Source of the DNA: the human T2T-CHM13v2.0 reference genome, Homo sapiens
Length of the DNA: 64,000 bases
Assembly (NCBI RefSeq): GCF_009914755.1
Contig: NC_060936.1
Strand: one strand, 5' to 3'
Shown: positions 15,090 to 30,236 of the stretch, piece after piece
How positions within the stretch are numbered: position 1 is the stretch's first letter
Layout of the letters: each line of letters starts with the position of its first letter
The notes under the pieces: model-generated
What the model was told of the DNA's origin: nothing
What the model saw: the letters and a program-made list of their open reading frames with translations, nothing else
Databases searched by the model: none
Program-made: the position numbers and the translations under genes

Positions 15090-17955
15090 CTGTCAATCAA
15101 TGAAGGTTTACTGAAGAACCGAAATTAATGTAATATACAATCCCAATATTCCAATCCAGTATTCCGAACCACTAGAAGAAATGCAGACATCAAACCACAT
15201 GTGTTTCCTGAGTTCCCCCGTAAACTCTGTAAGCAAGGATAAAATAATCTCATATATATGTTTGAAAACCATTACAAAGGCATAAAAGATTAGTACTAAT
15301 TCCTGGGGAGGGGGAGCAGAGTGCTAAATTCTTAAATTTTAAAGTTATAAAGAAACTGTCTACATAAAATTTTTCTTGAGCATTCAGAAATTAAGTATAG
15401 CCTTTGATACTGTAGTCCTTTCATAACTGGAGAGAACGGAGAATTGCAAGCACTTACTACCATTTATTTAGTAACTTCTGGGTTTTATAAAAGTTCAATC
15501 TTCAAAGCCATAACTCTAAAATAACTAAAACTTAGAAGATTTAAGTTTTAATCTATTTCTGGATCACAGAGCCTATTAAATAAATCTACTAAAAATAGTT
15601 AAAAGTACAGCTTTTTTTCATTTTTTTGTACCAAATATCTATTTAGGGTAATTTGTTTATACGATTCTGAAATTTTTATGAAAACTTGCTATGAATATTT
15701 AGTAATTGTGTTATTATTTAGAGCTATGAGACTAAAGTCATATGTAGATTTGCTTTGTTTAATTATACCTTTTCTAAATAGAAATAAATTTAGAACTTAA
15801 TAATGCAACATTAAAATTAGACTTTTTATATACAAAAGACAGGAAATATAAAGAAAATATTTCTTAGGGAAATATGCTTTCTCTTGATCTAATTCAGATC
15901 TTGTGCCATTACATTATTTTCTACAAGTCCTGGTCTTACTGAGAATTGTGCCTTGTGGAATTCCCTGTTCAACTTCCTATCCTATGTCAAAAGGGAGGAG
16001 GTGATCCTTTTTTCTCTAATTGGATGAGACCTAGAACACAGTTTAGCAAAGCGTTAAACAAAAAGGAATTGTAAGTTTATGCCAGTGTGGACTGGTGAGA
16101 AGAATAACTCTTAAATGACGCAGGTAGAGAACAAGTCTGAGATCTTAACTCAAGGGGTGGTAATTAAGAACCATTGGAAGACAGAGGGGGTTTAGAAGGC
16201 ACATTGCAAGACACAGTACTTTTGGGAGGGAAACTCACTGCTTGAGTAAATAGGGAACTCAAACAAGGAAGTATGGCAAGGATGAAACCTGCAAGGCTAT
16301 TACAAAGTTTTACTTACCACGTATTTAGTTTGTTTAAATATACTAATCTTAACAAAGTATGGAAGCTTATTATATATTTCTATAATTTTATTTTCTCAAG
16401 TCTAAATCATCCTTTATCTTTTCACCTTCTCTATGGCTCTCATATTCCAATACTTGGTTACTCTCATCTGAACTTTCTCTAAGCTTTCTTCCTCTCCTGA
16501 GTTGTTAAGGATTTTAGTACAAACCATGATATATATTAGAGTCAGCTGAGTACAATAAGACAAAAATCCAGTGGTTCAGACTTTAACTTGCTCTTATGAA
16601 AGATCTTTGTGTTACAGGTTGATTTTTTTCAAACAAAATTGCATGCTGGGCCTGACCTGTTTTTGCCCCTCGTTGACCTTGTATTCTCTCTCAGCTTTGG
16701 AAGACCCTTTTATGGATCAGCAGTATGAATGAATACACTTCATAGTAATCACATACAATAGATTGATGCTGTTATGCATCAGTTAGTTGATAGAAAAAAA
16801 AGCTGAAGTGATTGCCTAAGGGCAAAGAAATATGGTAATCTTAAAACTTTGTGTTGACATTTAGATGCAAAATCCAGCTATTCAAAGTAGTCTAGGCAAT
16901 TCCCATGATGTCATGTCACCAGGATGAGTTTTCAGAGTCCAGAACTCATTATTGTTTTCCAGTGGTACATAAAGTTCTGGCTACCCTTCCTTTTGTAGGT
17001 ATAGGTAAGTAGACAGGCATCTGAAAGTAAATGGAAGGTGGGTGACAAATTGACTCACGCTAAGAGGTACATGAGATGAAAGTAAACATCAAAAGGCTCT
17101 TGCATTAATTTACAGTGAGAAATATAACACCACATGTACAAGAAATATCACATTGGCCTGATCAAAACATTTTTTTTTTTACTTGTGGCCCAATCACATA
17201 GAAATCAAAAGATGGTTTTGTGAGCACAGACTCAAAAAAACAGGATGTAGATAAATCAAATCTTTAATTCATTGTTTCCCAAAATGCGTTATGTTCTGTG
17301 AGATGTTTTAATACATCTTCCAACAACGACAAAAAGTTCACTAATACAATAAATGTGAGAAACACTGGATTAAACTCAGATTTCATAACTGCATTCTTTC
17401 CTTTGGACTGCAGATATACATTGTGAATCTCAAAGGGCTCAGACAGACAGCTTTTCTAAAGTGCATTTGACTCCTGTCTATATAGATTACTTATCAATAG
17501 CTCACGAAACAATACTATTCTACAGATATAGTTTCAGAATGAATGAATTCTTAGTCTGATGTATAATTCTACCATAAAGATAATCTTGCCAATGGGCCTG
17601 GTATATTTGAAATGCAAGGATAAATCTCTGAATTATTCATTCTAGGGACATACTGTCCATGAGATCTAAAATAATCAGTCTCTGTTTTGAGTCTCCCTTT
17701 CCATTTTAGAGCTTAGGTGAGCACTACCAATATGAACCTATGTCATTCTCCTTCTGCTTTAATTTGATTTAATTTTACTAGTGATTAAGACACTGAAGAG
17801 GTTACAGTATGGGTTTGCTTGCCTACAAATAATATCTTCTTCAGATGATTTTGCATACCTTTATTGTAAATTAGGTGTTGATTTTTAAATGTGACTCTAA
17901 ATTACTCTATGTTCTTTATTTTCAATGTTAGAGTCCTGCCACACTATAACACCTA

Positions 17956-18286
<331 letters not shown>

Positions 18287-18316
18287 TAAAAGCACATAAC
18301 CAGAAAATAATGTAAC

Positions 18317-18810
18317 TGTGGTAGGCAGAATAATGCCCTCCCCCAAAAAATCTACATCCTAATCTCCAGAACCTGTGAATCCTTTTACAGCAAAAGGGAC
18401 CTTGCAGGTATAATTAAGTTAAGGATCTTGAGTTGGAGAGATCGTCCTGGATTATCTGAGTGTGCCCAGCATAATCACAAAGGTGCTGGTAAGTGAAAGA
18501 GAAAGGCAGGAGAGTCAGACTCAGAGGAGATGTGATGATGGGAGCAAAGGTCAAAGTGATGCAATTAATTGTTAACTGCAAGGGGGCCATGAGCCAAGGA
18601 ATATGGGCAGCCTCTAGACTGGAAAAGTCAAGGGAAGGGATTCTCCCCTAGTGCCTTCAGAAGAATTCAGCCCCGCTAACACCTTGATTTTAGACCCATG
18701 AAACACATTTCAGACCTTTGAGCTTCAAAACTGGAAAATAATAATTTTTTATTGTTTTAAGCCACTAGCTCCATGGCGATTTGTTAAAGCAATAATAGGA
18801 AATAAATACA
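18317..18810 (+). mobile_element. MLT1D solo LTR
   Basis: Starts TGTGGTAGGCAGAATAATG, ends AATAGGAAATAAATACA. 5-bp TSD GTAAC / GTAGC. Confidence 0.87.
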
Positions 18811-18900
18811 GTAGCTAAAACTTTTAGAGATACCTACCCCCTCTCCACTTGGCCTTTTGTCATGCATATCCAATAGATGACCCTCTGGAATCTACCCTGA

Positions 18901-19244
<344 letters not shown>

Positions 19245-20355
19245 TGAGCCAGTATCTATCTATCCTTTAGAATTGATTTGGGCAATCATATGAATCTCAC
19301 TTTACAGTGCTATGGAAACTTTAAGAATCTTAAGTACTTTTGAAAAACATTAAATAAACCACTGAATTTCTCAGAAAAAGGTCAATGTAGTCAGTTAAAA
19401 GAGGAAAGAAATTAACTGAGGATGTTAGCTAATTGAGAAATGTGAGTTTTCAGAGCCCCTGGAATAGAATCAACTCAGGAGAACTGTCCTATGCTAAACT
19501 AATTCACAAGAGACTTGATATAAAGCAAAATGTCAACTTATTCATTTAAATTTGGGACATTTCTTTCCAGTAATTAAAGTATCTATGCTCACAAGCCAGG
19601 AAACCCTCTTAGTATCAGATCACTTGATGGATTTAATTAATAATCCTAAAGCTACTTGATGAGTGTGAATCAGAACAAAGGTAGTGGGATACTTGTGGGA
19701 ATAATCATACTGTACTGATCAGAGCCTTCCAATTATATTAGTCTTAGAGAAGTCTCCAAATTTTTGCCTTTTAAATCTGTCTCTATCAATAGATTTTTAT
19801 TCTTTGTTTCACTCAATCCCACAGAGATGGGCCACTATCTAGAGGTCTAGGAGGTGTCCCTGTACTGAATAGTGAGTGACAACTCAGTAAGATCATTTCT
19901 CCTTTAGATTTTAAATAGGAAACATACAGAAAGAGAGGAGAAAGAGAATAAGTAAAAGCCTTAAGACAGTAGAAGCAATCTTTTATCAGAAGCAATTATA
20001 CAGAAGAATAAACAGATTAGTTGGATTTGCAGTGTAAAGCAAGCGGAGGTAGAGAAAGAAGCAAATACATAAGTGCTAAATCACGCACCTGGCAGACTAG
20101 TGGAGTCAGAGGCCCTTCCTGTGACAGCCATGCTGCTGTCCCGAGTGCAACAACCTGCTAGTTCTCCATGAGACCTGCCTGTGAAATGATTGTAGATTTT
20201 GTTTCCCTGCCTTCCTATTTCCCTATGTATCTTTACAACAAATCCCTCTAGTTGGGGTAAATTGTGAAAGTCTCCTCTACCTTTTGCAGCCAAAAACTTG
20301 AACACATTTACCTAGGCTCTAGGAAAGCCAGATAAAATTTCACAATTTCACTACA

Positions 20356-20921
20356 TGTGATGGTTAATTTTATGTCAATTAGATGGTCTAAGGAATGTCT
20401 AGTCAAGATAGCCAGTAAAACATGATTTCTGGGTGTGTCTGCGAGAACGTTTTGGGAGAATATTTGCAATTAAGTTATTAGACTAAGTAAAGATCTGCAC
20501 TCACCAATGTGGGTGGGCATTATCCAACCCTTGAGGACCCAAGAACAAAAAGGCAGAGAAAGGGCAAATTCTCTTTCTCCTTCTGGACCTGGGACATCCA
20601 TCTTCTCCTGCCCACAGACATTGGAGCTCCTGGTTCTAGGGCCTTTCCACTCTGGGACTTACACCGACAACCCTACCAGTTTTCAGGCTTTCTGCCTCAA
20701 ACTGGGAGTTACACTGTGGCTTCTCTGGTTCTCAGGACTGCAGACTCGAGCTAAATCACACCACAGGCTTTCTTGGTTCTCCAGCTTGCAGATGGCATAT
20801 CTGGAAGATCATGGGATTTCTCAGCCTCCAGAATCATGTGATCCAATTCCCTTAGTAAGTCTCCTCTTTTATATCTGTATACATCCTATTGATTCCGTTT
20901 CTCTGGAAAACGCTAAGATAC
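20356..20921 (+). mobile_element. MLT2 (B-like) ERVL solo LTR
   Basis: Starts TGTGATGGTTAATTTTATGTCAA; internal CTCACCAATGTGGGTGGGCA and CTCCAGCTTGCAGATGGC; ends ATCCTATTGATTCCGTTTCTCTGGAAAAC. Confidence 0.87.
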
Positions 20922-21432
20922 TATCCTACAAGAGATTCTCCCACTGACCAGTGTGTTTCCATTGTCTATACCCTAGATCTTTTGGACAATGCTGGAGATG
21001 TAGAGACTTTCTATGGCTTTTTGGATTCCCCCCTCAATATTATATGATTATTGTGATCATATAATAATTACAACATACAAGATATATATGCCCAAACAGG
21101 CAACAGACAATTGGTCAGGTCAATGCTCTGACCCTGTTATTACTATAAACTATGATTCAGCTTTTTCATCTGTTTCCTGGAATGGCTTGGGTTACACTTG
21201 CAAAAATTGTGGTACCACAACAAAAGTAAAAATAGATAAATTGGGCTACATCAAAATTTAAAACTTCCATGCATCAAAGGACACAGTCAAAAGAGTGAAG
21301 AGGAAATAAATGGAATGGGAGAAAATATTTGCAAATCATATATCTGGTAGGGCGTTAACATTCAGAGTATATAAAGTATTCCTATCACTCAACAATAACA
21401 ACAAAACAACCCAATTTAAAATAGGTCAAGCG

Positions 21433-21950
<518 letters not shown>

Positions 21951-22514
21951 CAAATTTACCTGAGTAAGAAAAAAATAAAAATTTAAAAAAATTAAAAGGG
22001 AACAAGGATTTAAGTAAACATTTCTCCAAAGAAAATATACAAATGGCTAGCGAGTACCTGAAGAGATGCTCACCATCACCAATCAAGTGCAAATCAATAG
22101 AGTGGCTGGCAAGATGGCTGAATGGGAACAGCTCCAGTCTGCAGCTCCCAGTGAGATCAACCAGAAGGCGGATGACTTCTGCATTTCCAACTGAGGTACT
22201 CAGCTCATCTCATTGGAACTGGTTAGGCAGTGGGTGCAGCCCACAGAGGGTGAGCCAAAGCAGGATGGGTCATCACCTCACCCGGGAAGCACAAGGGGTG
22301 GGGGGAATTTCCTCCCCTAGCCAAGGCAAGCCATGAGGGACTTTGCTGTGAGTAATGGTGCACTCCAGCCCAGATACTACACTTTTCCCACAATCTTTGC
22401 AACCCACAGGCCAGGAGATTCCCTCGGGTGCCTACACCACCAGGGCCCTGGGTTTTGAACACAAAACTGGGCAGCTGTTTGGACAGACACCAAGCTAGCT
22501 GCTGCAGGATATTT

Positions 22515-22733
22515 TCATACCCCAGTGGCACCTGGAATGCTAGCAAGACAGAACCGTTCACTCCCCTGGAAAGGAGGCTGAAGCCAGGGAGTCAAGTAGT
22601 CTAGCTCAGTGGATCCCACCCCCACAGAGCCCAGCAAGCTAAGATCCACTGGCTTGAAATTCTCGCTCCCAGCACAGCAGTCCGAAGTTGACCTGGGATG
22701 CTCAAGCTTTGTAGGAGGAGGGGTGTCTGCCAT
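22515..22733 (-). CDS. L1 ORF0-like antisense open frame (72 aa); expression unknown
   Basis: ATG at 22733-22731 in GTA-ATG-G context. MADTPPPTKLEHPRSTSDCCAGS...SVGVGSTE aligns to the recalled L1 ORF0 N-terminus MAGAPPPASLPPCSLISDCCAS...SVGVGPSE. Confidence 0.45.
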   Translation of the reverse strand: MADTPPPTKLEHPRSTSDCCAGSENFKPVDLSLLGSVGVGSTELDYLTPWLQPPFQGSERFCLASIPGATGV

Positions 22734-23439
22734 TACTGAGGCTTGAGTAGGTGGTTTTCCCCTCACAGTGTAAACAAAGCCACTGGGGAGTTAGAACTGG
22801 GTGGAGCCCACCGCAGCACCACGAAGCCGCTGTAGCCAGACTGCCTTTCTAGATTCCTCCTCTCTGGGCAGGGCATCTCTGAAAGAAAGCCAGCAGCCCA
22901 GTCAGGGGCTTATAGATAAAACTCCCATCTCCCTGGGACAGAGCACCTGGGGGAAGGGGTAGCTGTAGGCACAGCTTCAGCAGACTTAAATGTTCCTTCC
23001 TGCCTGCTCTAAAGAGAGCAGTGGATCTCCCAGCATAGTGCTCAAGCTCTGCTAAGGGAAAGACTGTCTCCTCAAGTGGGTCCCTGACGCCCATGCCTCC
23101 TGACTGGGAGACACCTCCCAGCAGGGGCCGACAGAAACATCATACAGGAGAGCTCCGGATGGCATCTGGCGGGTGCCCCTCTGGTATGAAGATTCCAGAG
23201 GAAGGAACAGGCAGCAATCTTTGCTGTTCTGCCGCCTCCACTGGTGATACCCAGGCAAACAGGATCAGGAGTGGACCTCCTGCAAACTCCAGCAGACCTG
23301 CAGCAGCAGAGGGGCCTGTTAGAAGTAAAACTAACAAACAGAAAGGAATAGCATCAACATCAACAAAAACGATGCCCACACAAAAACCCCATCCGAAGGT
23401 CACCAACATCAAAGACCGAAGGTAGATAAATCCGCAAAG

Positions 23440-24464
23440 ATGAGGAAGAAACAGCCCCAAAAAGGTGAAAATTCCAAAACCCAGAACACTTCTCCTCCAA
23501 AGGATCACAACTCCTCACCAGCAAGGGAACAAAACTGGATGGAGAATGAGTTTGACGAATTGACAAAAGTAGGCTTCAGAAGGTGGGTAATAACATACTC
23601 CTCCGAGCTAAAGAAGCATGTTCTAACCCAATGCAAGGAAGCTAAGAACCTTGAAAAAAGGTTAGACAAATTGCTAACTAGAGTAACCAGTTTAGAGAAC
23701 ATAAATGACCTGATGGACCTGAAAAACACAGCACGAGAACTTCATGAAGCATATGCAAGTATCAATAGACAAATCAATCAAGTGGAAGAAAGGCTATCAG
23801 AGATTGAAGATCAACTTAATGAGATAAAGCGTGAAGACAAGATTAGAGAAAAAAGAATGAAAAAGAACAAACATAGCCTCCAAGAAATATGCGACTATGT
23901 GAAAAGACCAAACCTACATTTGATTGATGTACCTGAAAGTGACTTGGGAGAATAGAACAAAGTTGGAAAACACTCTTTAGGATGTTATCCAGGAGAACTT
24001 CCCCAACCTAGGAAGACAGGCCAACATTCAAATTCAGGAAATACAGAGAACACCTCAAAGATACTTCTCGAGAACAGCAACCCCAACACACATAATCGTC
24101 AGATTCACCAAGGTTGAAATGAAAAAAAAAAAAAAAGTTAAGGGCAGCCAGAGAGAAAGGTCAGGTTACCCACAATGGGAAACCCATCAGACCAACAGCA
24201 GATCTCTCTGCAGAAACCCTACAAACCAGAAGAGAGTGGGGGCCAATATTCAACATTCTTAAAGAAAAGAGTTTTCAACCCAGAATTTCATATCCAGCCA
24301 CACTAAGCTTCATAAGTGAAGGAGAAATAAAGTCCCTTACAGACAAGAAAATGCTGAGAGATTTTGTCACCACCAGGCCTGTCTTCCAAGAGCTCCTGAA
24401 GGAAGCGCTAAATACAGAAAGGAAAAACCGGTACCAGCCACTACAAAAACATACCAAATTATAA
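23440..24464 (+). pseudogene. L1 ORF1 (ORF1p), disrupted
   Basis: MRKKQPQK...WMENEFDEL...DYVKRPNLHLIDVPESD stays open for 171 aa, then a frameshift/stop at about 23943-23955. A-run expansion at 24122-24136. Canonical-position TAA at 24462-24464. Confidence 0.88.
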
Positions 24465-24527
24465 AGACCATCGACATCCTGATGAAACTACATCAACTAA
24501 CGGGCAAAATAACCAGCTAGTGTCATA

Positions 24528-27500
24528 ATAACAGGATCAAAGTCACACATAACAATATTAACCTTAAATGTATATGGGCTAAATGCCCCAATTAAAAGAC
24601 ACAGACTGACAAATTGGATAGAGTCAAGACCCATCAATGTACTGTATTCAGGAGACCCATCTCACGTTCAAAGACACACATAGGTTCAAAATAAAGGGAT
24701 AGAGGAATATTTACCAAGCAAATGGAAAGCAAAAAAAGAGCAGGGGTTGCAATCCTATCTCTGATAAAACAGACTTTACCAACAAAGAACGAAAAAGACA
24801 AAGAAGGGCATTACATAATGGTAAAGGGATCAATGCAACAAGAAGAGCTAACTATCCTCAATATATATGCACCCAATACAGGAGAACCCAAATACATAAA
24901 GCAAGTTCTTGGAGACCTACAAAGAGACTTAGACTCCCACACAATAATAATGGGATACTTTAACACTCCACTGTCAATATTAGACAGATCAATGAGACAG
25001 AAAAGTAACAATGATATTCAGGACTTGAACTCACCTTCGGACCAAGCGGACCTAATAAACATCTACAGAACTCTCCACCCCAAATCAACAGAATATACGT
25101 TCTTCTCAGCACCTCATCGCACTTATTCTAAAATTGACCACATATTTGGAAGTAAAACACTCCTCAGCAAATGCAAAACAACGGAAATCATAACAGTCTC
25201 TGAGACCACAGTGCAATCAAATTAGAACTCAGGATTAAGAAATTCACTCAAAACCACACAACTACATGGAAACTGAACAACCTGCTCCAGAACGATTACT
25301 GGGTAAATAATGAAATGAAGGCAGAGATAAATAAGTTTTTTGAAACCAATGAGAACAAAGACACAACATACCAGAATCTCTGGGACACAGCTAAAGCAGA
25401 GTTTAGAGGGAAATTTATAGCACTAAATGCCCACAAGAGAAAGCAGGAAAGATCTAAAATTGACACCCTAACATCATAATTAAAAGAACTAGAGAAGCAA
25501 GAGCAAACAAATTCAAAAGGTAGCAGAAGACAATAAATAACTAAGATCAGAGCAGAACTGAAGGAGATAGAGACACAAAAAGCCCTTCAAAAAATCAATG
25601 AATCTAGGAGCTGCTTTTTTGAAAAGATTAACAAAATAGGTAGACTGCTAGCAAGACTAATAAAGAAGAAAAGAGAGAAGAATCAAATAGACACAATAAA
25701 AAATAATAAAGGGGATATCACCATTGATCCCACAAAAATACAAACTACCATCAGAGAATACTATAAACACCTCTATGTAAATAAATTAGAAAATCTAGAA
25801 TAAATAGATAAATTCCTGGACACATACACCTCCCCACCCCAAGACTAAACCAGAAAGAAGTCGAATCCCTGAATAGACCAATAACAAGTTCTGAAATTGA
25901 GGCAGTAATTAATAGCCTACCAACCAAAAAAAGTCCAGGACCAGACAGGTTCACAGCCAAATTCTACCAGAGGTACAAAGAGGAGCTGGTACCATTCCTT
26001 CTGAAACTATTCCAAACCATACAAAAAGAGAGACTCCTCCCTAATTCATTTTATGAGGCCAGCATCATCCTGATACCAAAACCTGGCAGAGACACAGCAA
26101 TAAAAGAAAATTCCAGGCCAATATCCCTGATGAGCATCGATGTGAAAATCCTCAATAAAATACTGGCAAACCAAATCCAGCAGCACATCAAAAAGCTCAT
26201 CAACTGCGATCAAGTCAGCTTCATCCCTGGGATGCAAGGCTGGTTCAATATATGCAAATCAATAAACATAATGCATCAAATAAACAGAACCAATGGCAAA
26301 AACTACATGATTATCTCAATAGATGCAGAAAAGGCCTTCAATAAAATTCAACACCCTTTCATGCTAAAAACTCTCAATAAACTAGGTATCGATGGAATGT
26401 ATCTCAAAATAATAAGAGCTATTTATGGCACACCCACAGCCAATATCATAGTGAACAGGCAAAAACTGCAAGCATTCCCTTTGAAAACCAGCACAAGACA
26501 AGGATGCCCTCTCTCACCACTCCTATTCAACATAGTGTTGGAAGTTCTGGCTAGGGCAATCAGGCAAGCAAGAGAAATAAAGGTATTCAAATAGGAACAG
26601 AGGAAGTCAAATTGTCCATTTGCAGATGACATGATTGTATATTTAGAAAACCCCATCATCTCAGCCCAAAATCTCCTTAAGCTGATAAGCAATTTCAGCA
26701 AAGTCTCAGGATACAAAATAAATGAGCAAAAATCACAAGCATTCCTATACACCAATAACAGACAAACAGAGAGCCAAATCATGAGTGAACTCCCATTCAC
26801 AATCGCTACAAAGAGAATAAGATACCTAGGAATACAATTTACAAAGGAGATGAAGGACCTCTTTAAGGAGAACTACAAACCACTGCTCAAGGAAATAGGA
26901 GAGGACACAAATAAATGGAAAAACAGTCCATGCTCATGGATAGGAAGAATCAATATCATGAAAATGGCCATAGTGCCCAAAGTAATTTATAGATTCAATG
27001 CTATCCCTATCAAGCTACCATTGACTTTCTTCACATAATTAGAAAAAACTACTTTAAATTTCATATGGAAACAAATAAGAGCCCATATAGCCAAGACAAT
27101 CCTAAGCAAAAAGAACAAAGCTGGAGGCATCACACTACCTGACTTCAAACTATACTACAAGGCTACAGTAACTAAAACAGCATGGTACTGGTACCAAAAC
27201 AGATATATGGACCAATGGAACAGAACAGAGGCCTCAGAAATAACACCACACATCTACGACCATCTGATCTTTGACAAACCTGACAAAAACAAGCAATGAG
27301 GAAAGGATTCCCTATTTAATAAATGGCATTGGGAAAACTGGCTAGCCATATGCAGAAAACTGAAACCAGACCCCTTCCTTACACCTTATACAAAAATTAA
27401 CTCAAGATGGATTAAAGACTTAAATGTACGACCTAAAACCATAAAAACTCTAGAAGAAAACCTAGGTAATACCATTCAGGACATAGGCATGGCCAAAGAC

Positions 27501-28340
27501 TTCAGGACTAAAACACCAAAAGCAATGGCAACAAAAGCCAAAATTCACAAATGGGATCTAATTAAACTAAAGAGCTTCTGCACAGCAAAAGAAACTATCA
27601 TCAGAGTGAACAGGCAACCTACGGAATGGGAGAAAAATTTTGCAATCTGTCCATCTGACAAAGTGATAATATCCAGAATCTACAAGGAATTTAAACAAAG
27701 TTACAAGAAAAAAACAACCCCATCAAAAAGTGGACGAAGGATATGAACAGACACTTCTCAAAAGAAGACAGTTATGCAACCAACAAACATGGAAAAAAAA
27801 AGCTCATCATTACTGGTCATTACAGAAATGCAAATCAAAACCACAATGAGATACCATCTCATGCCAGTTAGAATGGTGATCATTAAAAGGAAACAACAGA
27901 TGCTGGGGAGGATGTGGAGAAACAGGAACGCTTTTACACTGTTGGTGGGAGTGTAAATTAGTTCAACCATTGTAGAAGACAATGTGGTGATTCCTCAAGG
28001 ATCTAGAACCAGAAATACCATTTGACCCAGCATCCCATTACTGGGTATATACCCAAAGGATTATAAATCATTCTACTGTAAAGACACATGCACACATATG
28101 TTTATTGCAGCACTGTTCACAATAGCAAAGACTTGGAACCAACCCAAATGCCCATCAATGATAGACTGGGTAAAGAAAATGTGGCACATATATACCATGG
28201 ACTACTATGCAGTCGTAAAAAAGGATGTGTTCAAGTACTTTGCAGGGACATGGCTGAAGCTGGACACCATCATTTTCAGCAAACTAACACAGGAACAGAA
28301 AACCAAACACTGCATATTCTCACCCATAAATGGGAGTTGA
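24528..28340 (+). pseudogene. L1 ORF2 (endonuclease/reverse transcriptase), disrupted
   Basis: Start codon mutated to ATA (ATA ACA GGA TCA). Endonuclease fragment (TILNIYAPN, YSKIDH), RT fragments ([25 protein letters not shown] at 26619-26630) and C-terminus ...CIFSPINGS*. Multiple stops and frameshifts. Confidence 0.9.
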
Positions 28341-30236
28341 ACAATGAGAACACATGGATGCAGGGAGGGAAACATCACACACTGGGGCCTGTCGGGGGGT
28401 TGGGGGATAGGAGAGGGATAGCATTAGGAGAAATACCTAATGTAGGTGATGGGTTGATGGATGCAGCAAATCACCATTGCACGTGTATACCTATGTAACA
28501 AACCTGCGCGTTCTGCACATGTATATCAGAACTTAAAGTATAATTTTTTAAAAAAGAAAATGCAAATCAAAATCACAATGAAATAATACCTCATACCCAT
28601 TAGGATGGCTACTATAAAACAAAACAACAAAAAAGAAAAGGATACGTGTTGGTGAAGATGCAGGGAAATTAGAATCCTTGTGCACTGTTTGTGGAATGTA
28701 AAATGGTGCAGCTGTTATGGAAAACAGTATGGTAGTTCCTCAAAAATTAAAAACAGAAATGCTACATGATCCAGCAATTCCATTTCTGGGTATATTTCCA
28801 AAAGAACTGAAAGAAGGGTCTCTTTCAGTTCAAGAAGTACTTGCACACTCATGTTCATAGCAGCATTATTCGCAATAGTCAAAATGTAGAAGCAATCCAA
28901 AAGTCCGTCAATGATGGATGAAAGGATGAACAAAATACAGTAAACACAAACAATGAAATATACTCAGCCTTACAAAGGAAAAAAATTCTAAAGCATGCTA
29001 CAACATGGATGAACCTTGGGGACATTATGATAAGTGAGATAAGACAAAAAGACAAATACTGTTTGATACTATTTACATGAGGTACCTAGAGTAGTCCAAT
29101 TGATAGAGACAGAGAGTGGAAGGGTGTCTGCATGGACGCAGCGGGGGAGGCATGGGGAGTTTTGAATGGGTACAGACTTTCAGTTTTGCAAGATGAAAAG
29201 AGTCCTGGAGATTGGTTGCATAACTATGAAAAATGTACTTAATAATACCAAACTGTACACTTAAAAATAGTTAAGAGGGTAAATTTTAAATTATGTATAT
29301 TTTATGACAATTAAAATTTTAAACTAGGAAAAAAGTCATGGTACCATTTTGTGTTCTTAAGACTATACCCTGGTCATCCTGCTATATAGAATACCATGTT
29401 GTCACACAGATCTTGTCCTCTGGGCATCGATTTCTCAATTTTTCCTCCAGGTGTATAAATTTTATCATTCATTACGTATGGATCTTTTTTTTTTTTTTAG
29501 TTTTACTGCCACAGGTTAACATTATTTTCCAGTTCCCATGTGGCACACTTCATTTTCCCCTTTTTATGCTGACAACAGCATCATGCTTATCAATGAAAAA
29601 TTCAGAGCTTTAAGATGAATTACACAGTAAACTTTAGGCAGACGCAGAATTATAATGTAAAAATCCAGGCTTATTCAATCAAATTTAGTGTATTCACATT
29701 CAAGAGAGCAACAAGGAATACAAAAGCTGATGTCAATGAATCTGACGTTCTTAAATATTCCTTGCCTTGCATTGAGCAGGTGAGCAACGACAGAATACAG
29801 CAGGCCAGATGCAGTCAGGAGCGGTAGTCTCTGAGTTGCAGGAGCCTGGCAGGTGCTTCTGGCCCAAGCCAACAAACCCTCGAGACTGAGTATTGAGCCA
29901 CAGAGGAGAACCCGGCAGATACAGGGGCTCAGGCAATGAGAGGACTCCTGCCTGAGATGAAGGCAAGAGCAAAGGGGCAGAATAAGAAAACAGGGCAGCA
30001 CCACCAAACAACCGTGGCCCTCTGACCCCAGCACAGAGGCCCTTGACCCTCTGCCCTGGCTTAGGGGTGGCTCCCCAGGTGTAGGAGGCCCCCAAACTTC
30101 TAGGGGCTGTTTCTAACTAGAAAGAATGAGTTGGTCTGCAGATGAATGCCATTCCTGGAGAACGCCTGGGCAGACAGTTCAGCTTGCCCCACTTTCTTGT
30201 CACAGGAAGCAAGCTGCCATAAAAATCCTTTAGAAC

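Larger units (their letters stand above)
22098..28557 (+). mobile_element. Full-length L1PA7-like LINE-1 (~6.46 kb), retrotransposition-dead
   Basis: 5'UTR start CAAGATGGCTGAATGGGAACAGCTCCAGTCTGCAGCTCCCAGTGAGATC, ORF1 and ORF2 remnants, and PA7-type 3'UTR (GGAGAAATACCTAATGTAG...GTTCTGCACATGTAT..CAGAACTTAAAGTATAAT). TSD AA(G/A)TGCAAATCAA at 22085-22097 / 28558-28570. Confidence 0.92.

Noticed and set aside
20507-20947. 146-aa ORF
   Set aside because: Lies almost entirely within the MLT2 LTR and has no recognisable domain.
23440-28498. L1 ORF1/ORF2 fragments as functional genes or a novel RT system
   Set aside because: This is an ordinary L1PA element with a lost ORF2 start codon and multiple frameshifts and stops.
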